Below, piece by piece: positions 61,386-64,000 of a DNA stretch of 64,000 bases (positions within the stretch are counted from its first letter, which is position 1; every line of letters begins with the position of its first letter). The position numbers were made by a program, and so were the translations under genes. The stretch comes from a virus. The notes beneath the pieces are model-generated. The model worked only from the letters and a program-made list of their open reading frames with translations, was not told the origin of the DNA and searched no databases. The stretch covers positions 4,464-68,463 of IMG/VR virus record IMGVR_UViG_3300010885_014887; one strand, written 5' to 3'.

Positions 61386-62315
61386 ATGAATTACTCTAAA
61401 TTTCTAGAAACTATTTCTGATGTGATATATCTAGCTCCATCACGTTGCGGTAGAACTTTTTATGAATGTCGCATTAAGGAAAATGAATCAAATATATCTG
61501 TTAGGTTTATTTTTACACAAAAATATATTGATTCCGATCATAGACTAAGAAAAGATAGACTTTTTCCTGATTGCTTAAAGATTCATGAACAGTGGCATCA
61601 AACGGGCATGGCTATTGGAACATTAGAGTATTTTTTAATAGAAAACAATATTCCTTATACAATCAATGATGAAAACGTAGAAGAATATGTTGAAGTTTTC
61701 ATTGATTCAAATAACATTGAAAATGCAAGAATAAGTATAGACAAATATACCCATCATAATCATACTAATCGCGGATTTGATATATCTACTCCGGTTGATG
61801 ATATTACTTTTGATAAAATAAACAAGATGATTGATGATTTTATGATTGAACATCCTGATAATTATAAAATAGTAATTACAGATAATGAAACAATTGAAAA
61901 TTTATACACCTTATCTACTACTACAATGTTAGCAACTACCCAAAATTATGATTTGAAACAACAGCAAATGATGGCTCCGTTGATAGTATCAATTCCTTCT
62001 AAAACAGTAAACAAAAGAGATTTTTACAATACAGGAAGATTATATTGCAAGATCGGGTTAACTGCACACGATGCGGGATATCATACAGGGTATAATAATT
62101 GTTTTAATTATGAAGATCCGAGATTTAAGCGAGTTGAAGATGTACTTCATATGAAATTTAATGAAATAGATCACGAAAATTATGTGCTAAGATGCTTTAT
62201 TTCTATAGGTAAAAGATACGACTACTCAAAAGCATTTAATTGGCATCCGTTTGAAACTAGAATCATAACTAGCAGACCAAAATTATCAAAGGAATTTATA
62301 AAAGTTGAAGCATAA
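61386..62315 (+). CDS. Nitroreductase-like (FMN) protein
   Basis: RGFDISTPVDD, APLIV, TGRLYCKIGLTAHDAGYHTG...C, FISIGK; GAGGAG RBS and ATAAATA at 61361-61367. Confidence 0.55.
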   Translation: MNYSKFLETISDVIYLAPSRCGRTFYECRIKENESNISVRFIFTQKYIDSDHRLRKDRLFPDCLKIHEQWHQTGMAIGTLEYFLIENNIPYTINDENVEEYVEVFIDSNNIENARISIDKYTHHNHTNRGFDISTPVDDITFDKINKMIDDFMIEHPDNYKIVITDNETIENLYTLSTTTMLATTQNYDLKQQQMMAPLIVSIPSKTVNKRDFYNTGRLYCKIGLTAHDAGYHTGYNNCFNYEDPRFKRVEDVLHMKFNEIDHENYVLRCFISIGKRYDYSKAFNWHPFETRIITSRPKLSKEFIKVEA

Positions 62316-62318
62316 AAT

Positions 62319-62618
62319 ATGTTAAAAGTAAGATATATTTCTATAATTTTGGACTCAAAGGCCCCAAGATTTTTTATTCATGATTCTGATTTAATAAAGT
62401 TAATTCATAGAGAATACATTGATACCGGAAAAATGATTTCTATGTTTGAAACTATATCTGATAATGATCGTCGCAAAGAAGAAATTTTTATTTTCAAATC
62501 AGAAAAAGATTATGAAGATTTTAAAAATAATGAAATAATAGCCTATATCTACAAAGTTAGGCTATTATATAATATTCATTATCATATTGATCATGCAGTA
62601 AAAATAGAAGAAATTTAA
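62319..62618 (+). CDS. Hypothetical protein
   Basis: 99-aa ORF, last gene of the + strand run. Confidence 0.5.
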   Translation: MLKVRYISIILDSKAPRFFIHDSDLIKLIHREYIDTGKMISMFETISDNDRRKEEIFIFKSEKDYEDFKNNEIIAYIYKVRLLYNIHYHIDHAVKIEEI

Positions 62619-62625
62619 TATTTTT

Positions 62626-63741
62626 TTAAGCTGCTGAACCGTTGTCGAGGTTAATCCAACTACTATTTTGATACCCCTGGAATTTATTAACGGTAGTATT
62701 ATAGATTATCATACCATTTGCTGGAGTTAAGTTTCCTCTATTAGTAGTTGTATAAGAGCCAAATTGAACATACCCACTAAATTTACCAGATCCATTTACA
62801 TCTAAATGAGTACTTGGATTTGTTTTATTAATTCCTAAATAACCATCTGAAGTTATAATATGACCTATTCCTGAAGAAGGGTCAGATGTAGCCTGAGTAA
62901 AAAAGATAATTGATCCAGGTACTGCACCTGATGAAACAGATTTGTTTGGATCAACACAAAATACTATTCCTGATGTGTTAATAAATGAATTACCATCATA
63001 TCCTTTAGCTTGGAATTTACTAATAAAATCTCCAGAACTTAAAACTGTAGGAGAATTTAAAGTTCCTCTAGATGATTTAAATTCTATTTGGGGCGATCCG
63101 TATGGTGGATTTATTGATCCATTAATAGAAATAACAGCATCGTCACTATTATTTTCACCCCAATACAACGACAATTGATTATTATTTGACTTGCTACCAA
63201 TTTTAATAATCTTATAATCTGTTGTTGGAAATGTTGATGAAGGAACATTACTATATAACGTAGAAGTAGTTATACTGTAATCGGTTCCGTTAATAACTAA
63301 ATTTTGACCATTTGCTATTTTATAAGTAGAAATATTTAAATCTGAAGTAAGTGTCCCACCATTACCACCACCTCCGGATACAGTACTCCAATTAACATCG
63401 TAATCGGTACCTGAAACTTTACTTAATACTTGACCAGTAGTTCCACCTGTTGGAATTCGTGTAGCTGATCCAGTATAACCAATTGGTCCTTGTACAGTGC
63501 TTGCTGATCCAACAAAACCAACATCACCTTGCAATCCTCTTGATCCAGCAAAACCAACATCACCTTGCGAGCCAACGAAACCAGTACCACCCCCACCGCT
63601 AGCAGTTACTACTCTTCCGCCGGACGTAGTTCCGTCGCCCACATAAAGCAATTTGGTATCAGTAGTATAGATTAGTTCTCCTTCAGCGGGTGTAATCGTT
63701 ACTCTTTCGCTATCGGTACCTCTGCGTATTTTAAGTGACAT
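62626..63741 (-). CDS. Fibre/decoration protein with Mtd-like N-terminal domain and short collagen-like Gly-X-Y segment
   Basis: LKIRRGT...PAEGELIYTTDTKLLYVGDG; GFVGSQGDVGFAGSRGLQGDVGFVGS; PTGGTTGQVLSK; C-terminal NGMIIYNTTVNKFQGY; AGGAG RBS. Confidence 0.7.
   Translation of the reverse strand: MSLKIRRGTDSERVTITPAEGELIYTTDTKLLYVGDGTTSGGRVVTASGGGGTGFVGSQGDVGFAGSRGLQGDVGFVGSASTVQGPIGYTGSATRIPTGGTTGQVLSKVSGTDYDVNWSTVSGGGGNGGTLTSDLNISTYKIANGQNLVINGTDYSITTSTLYSNVPSSTFPTTDYKIIKIGSKSNNNQLSLYWGENNSDDAVISINGSINPPYGSPQIEFKSSRGTLNSPTVLSSGDFISKFQAKGYDGNSFINTSGIVFCVDPNKSVSSGAVPGSIIFFTQATSDPSSGIGHIITSDGYLGINKTNPSTHLDVNGSGKFSGYVQFGSYTTTNRGNLTPANGMIIYNTTVNKFQGYQNSSWINLDNGSAA
63505..63568. repeat. 28-bp direct repeat (period 36, 1 mismatch) encoding collagen-like units
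   Basis: tgatcca[a/g]caaaaccaacatcaccttgc at 63505-63532 and 63541-63568. Confidence 0.8.
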
Positions 63742-63748
63742 GAATAAA

Positions 63749-63785
63749 CTCCTAGATCAGTTATTTTTATTTATCTGATCTAGAG
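63749..63785 (-). promoter_or_regulatory. RBS-occluding hairpin with a late-promoter-like motif in its loop
   Basis: The minus strand reads ctctagatcag-ATAAATAaaaataa-ctgatctAGGAG-tttattc-ATG. Confidence 0.65.
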
Positions 63786-63789
63786 ATAC

Positions 63790-63999
63790 TTAAATCCACT
63801 TTGACTTAAATTCTTCTAGTTCACGCTTACTAAGATCAAATTTCTTAGCAATTCCGTCCTCATCACGAAGGTCTTCAAGTAGATCTAACCATTTTTCATT
63901 GCTAATTATGCGCTTTAGCAATGCTACTTCTAACTTGCTAACCTTAACAGAGTCTACAGCATAGTCTTCAAATGCTTCGCAAGCTAATGGAAAATATGG
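63790..63999 (-). CDS. thyX: 3' end of FAD-dependent thymidylate synthase (truncated by the window; absent from the ORF track)
   Basis: Manual translation gives PYFPLACEAFEDYAVDSVKVSKLEVALL...LSKRELEEFKSKWI*, matching the ThyX C-terminal P..C/EAFEDY...SKRE..EF pattern. Confidence 0.65.
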   Translation of the reverse strand, partial: PYFPLACEAFEDYAVDSVKVSKLEVALLKRIISNEKWLDLLEDLRDEDGIAKKFDLSKRELEEFKSKWI

Positions 64000-64000
64000 T

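Noticed and set aside
28267-62618. Classical RiPP cluster
   Set aside because: No evident precursor peptide, RRE domain, protease or exporter, and intergenic gaps are too small. It cannot be excluded if the substrate lies elsewhere.
138-63178. Numerous short antisense or alternate-frame ORFs in the track (e.g. 1845-2342, 23212-23805, 42861-43211)
   Set aside because: They are fully nested in long motif-bearing genes and look like shadow ORFs.
62626-63741. Diversity-generating retroelement target (Mtd-like)
   Set aside because: Only the N-terminal Mtd-like motif is present. No reverse transcriptase or TR/VR pair with A-specific mismatches was noticed.
63752-63783. Rho-independent terminator after thyX
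   Set aside because: The loop is 14 nt, there is no clean U-tract, and the stem overlaps the next gene's SD. It is better explained as an RBS-occluding hairpin.
1-64000. Stop-codon reassignment, CRISPR arrays, tRNAs, introns/inteins
   Set aside because: ORFs tile densely under code 11 with all three stops in use. No spaced repeat array, cloverleaf or intein/homing-endonuclease motif was noticed by eye.

Overview
A gene-dense, AT-rich segment of a large (jumbo-type) myovirus genome, read with standard code 11. Positions 1-28.2 kb form a co-directional contractile-tail module: a truncated hub-like gene, a gp5/VgrG-like spike with a C-terminal lysozyme-like domain, gp25- and gp6-like baseplate wedges, a 4578-aa multidomain baseplate protein, three paralogous fibre proteins and small structural genes. 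From 28.3 to 62.6 kb lies a ~34-kb, almost spacer-free cluster of tailoring enzymes. It holds 13 radical SAM proteins in five subfamilies (two B12-binding type), 8 Fe(II)/2OG-type oxygenases, 4 GT-A glycosyltransferase-like proteins, 2 SGNH-like proteins, 2 degenerate kinase-fold proteins, a methyltransferase, a PLP enzyme, a QueC-like ATPase, an SDR, a GNAT-like and a nitroreductase-like protein. The cluster is closed by a collagen-like fibre gene and the 3' end of thyX on the minus strand. My best hypothesis is an uncharacterised phage pathway that builds and attaches a heavily modified glycan or other modification to virion (or host-surface) proteins. Near-identical DNA patches between enzyme paralogues and two promoter/RBS-occluding hairpins are also visible. 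All product calls come from motif recognition by eye; no database searches were run.
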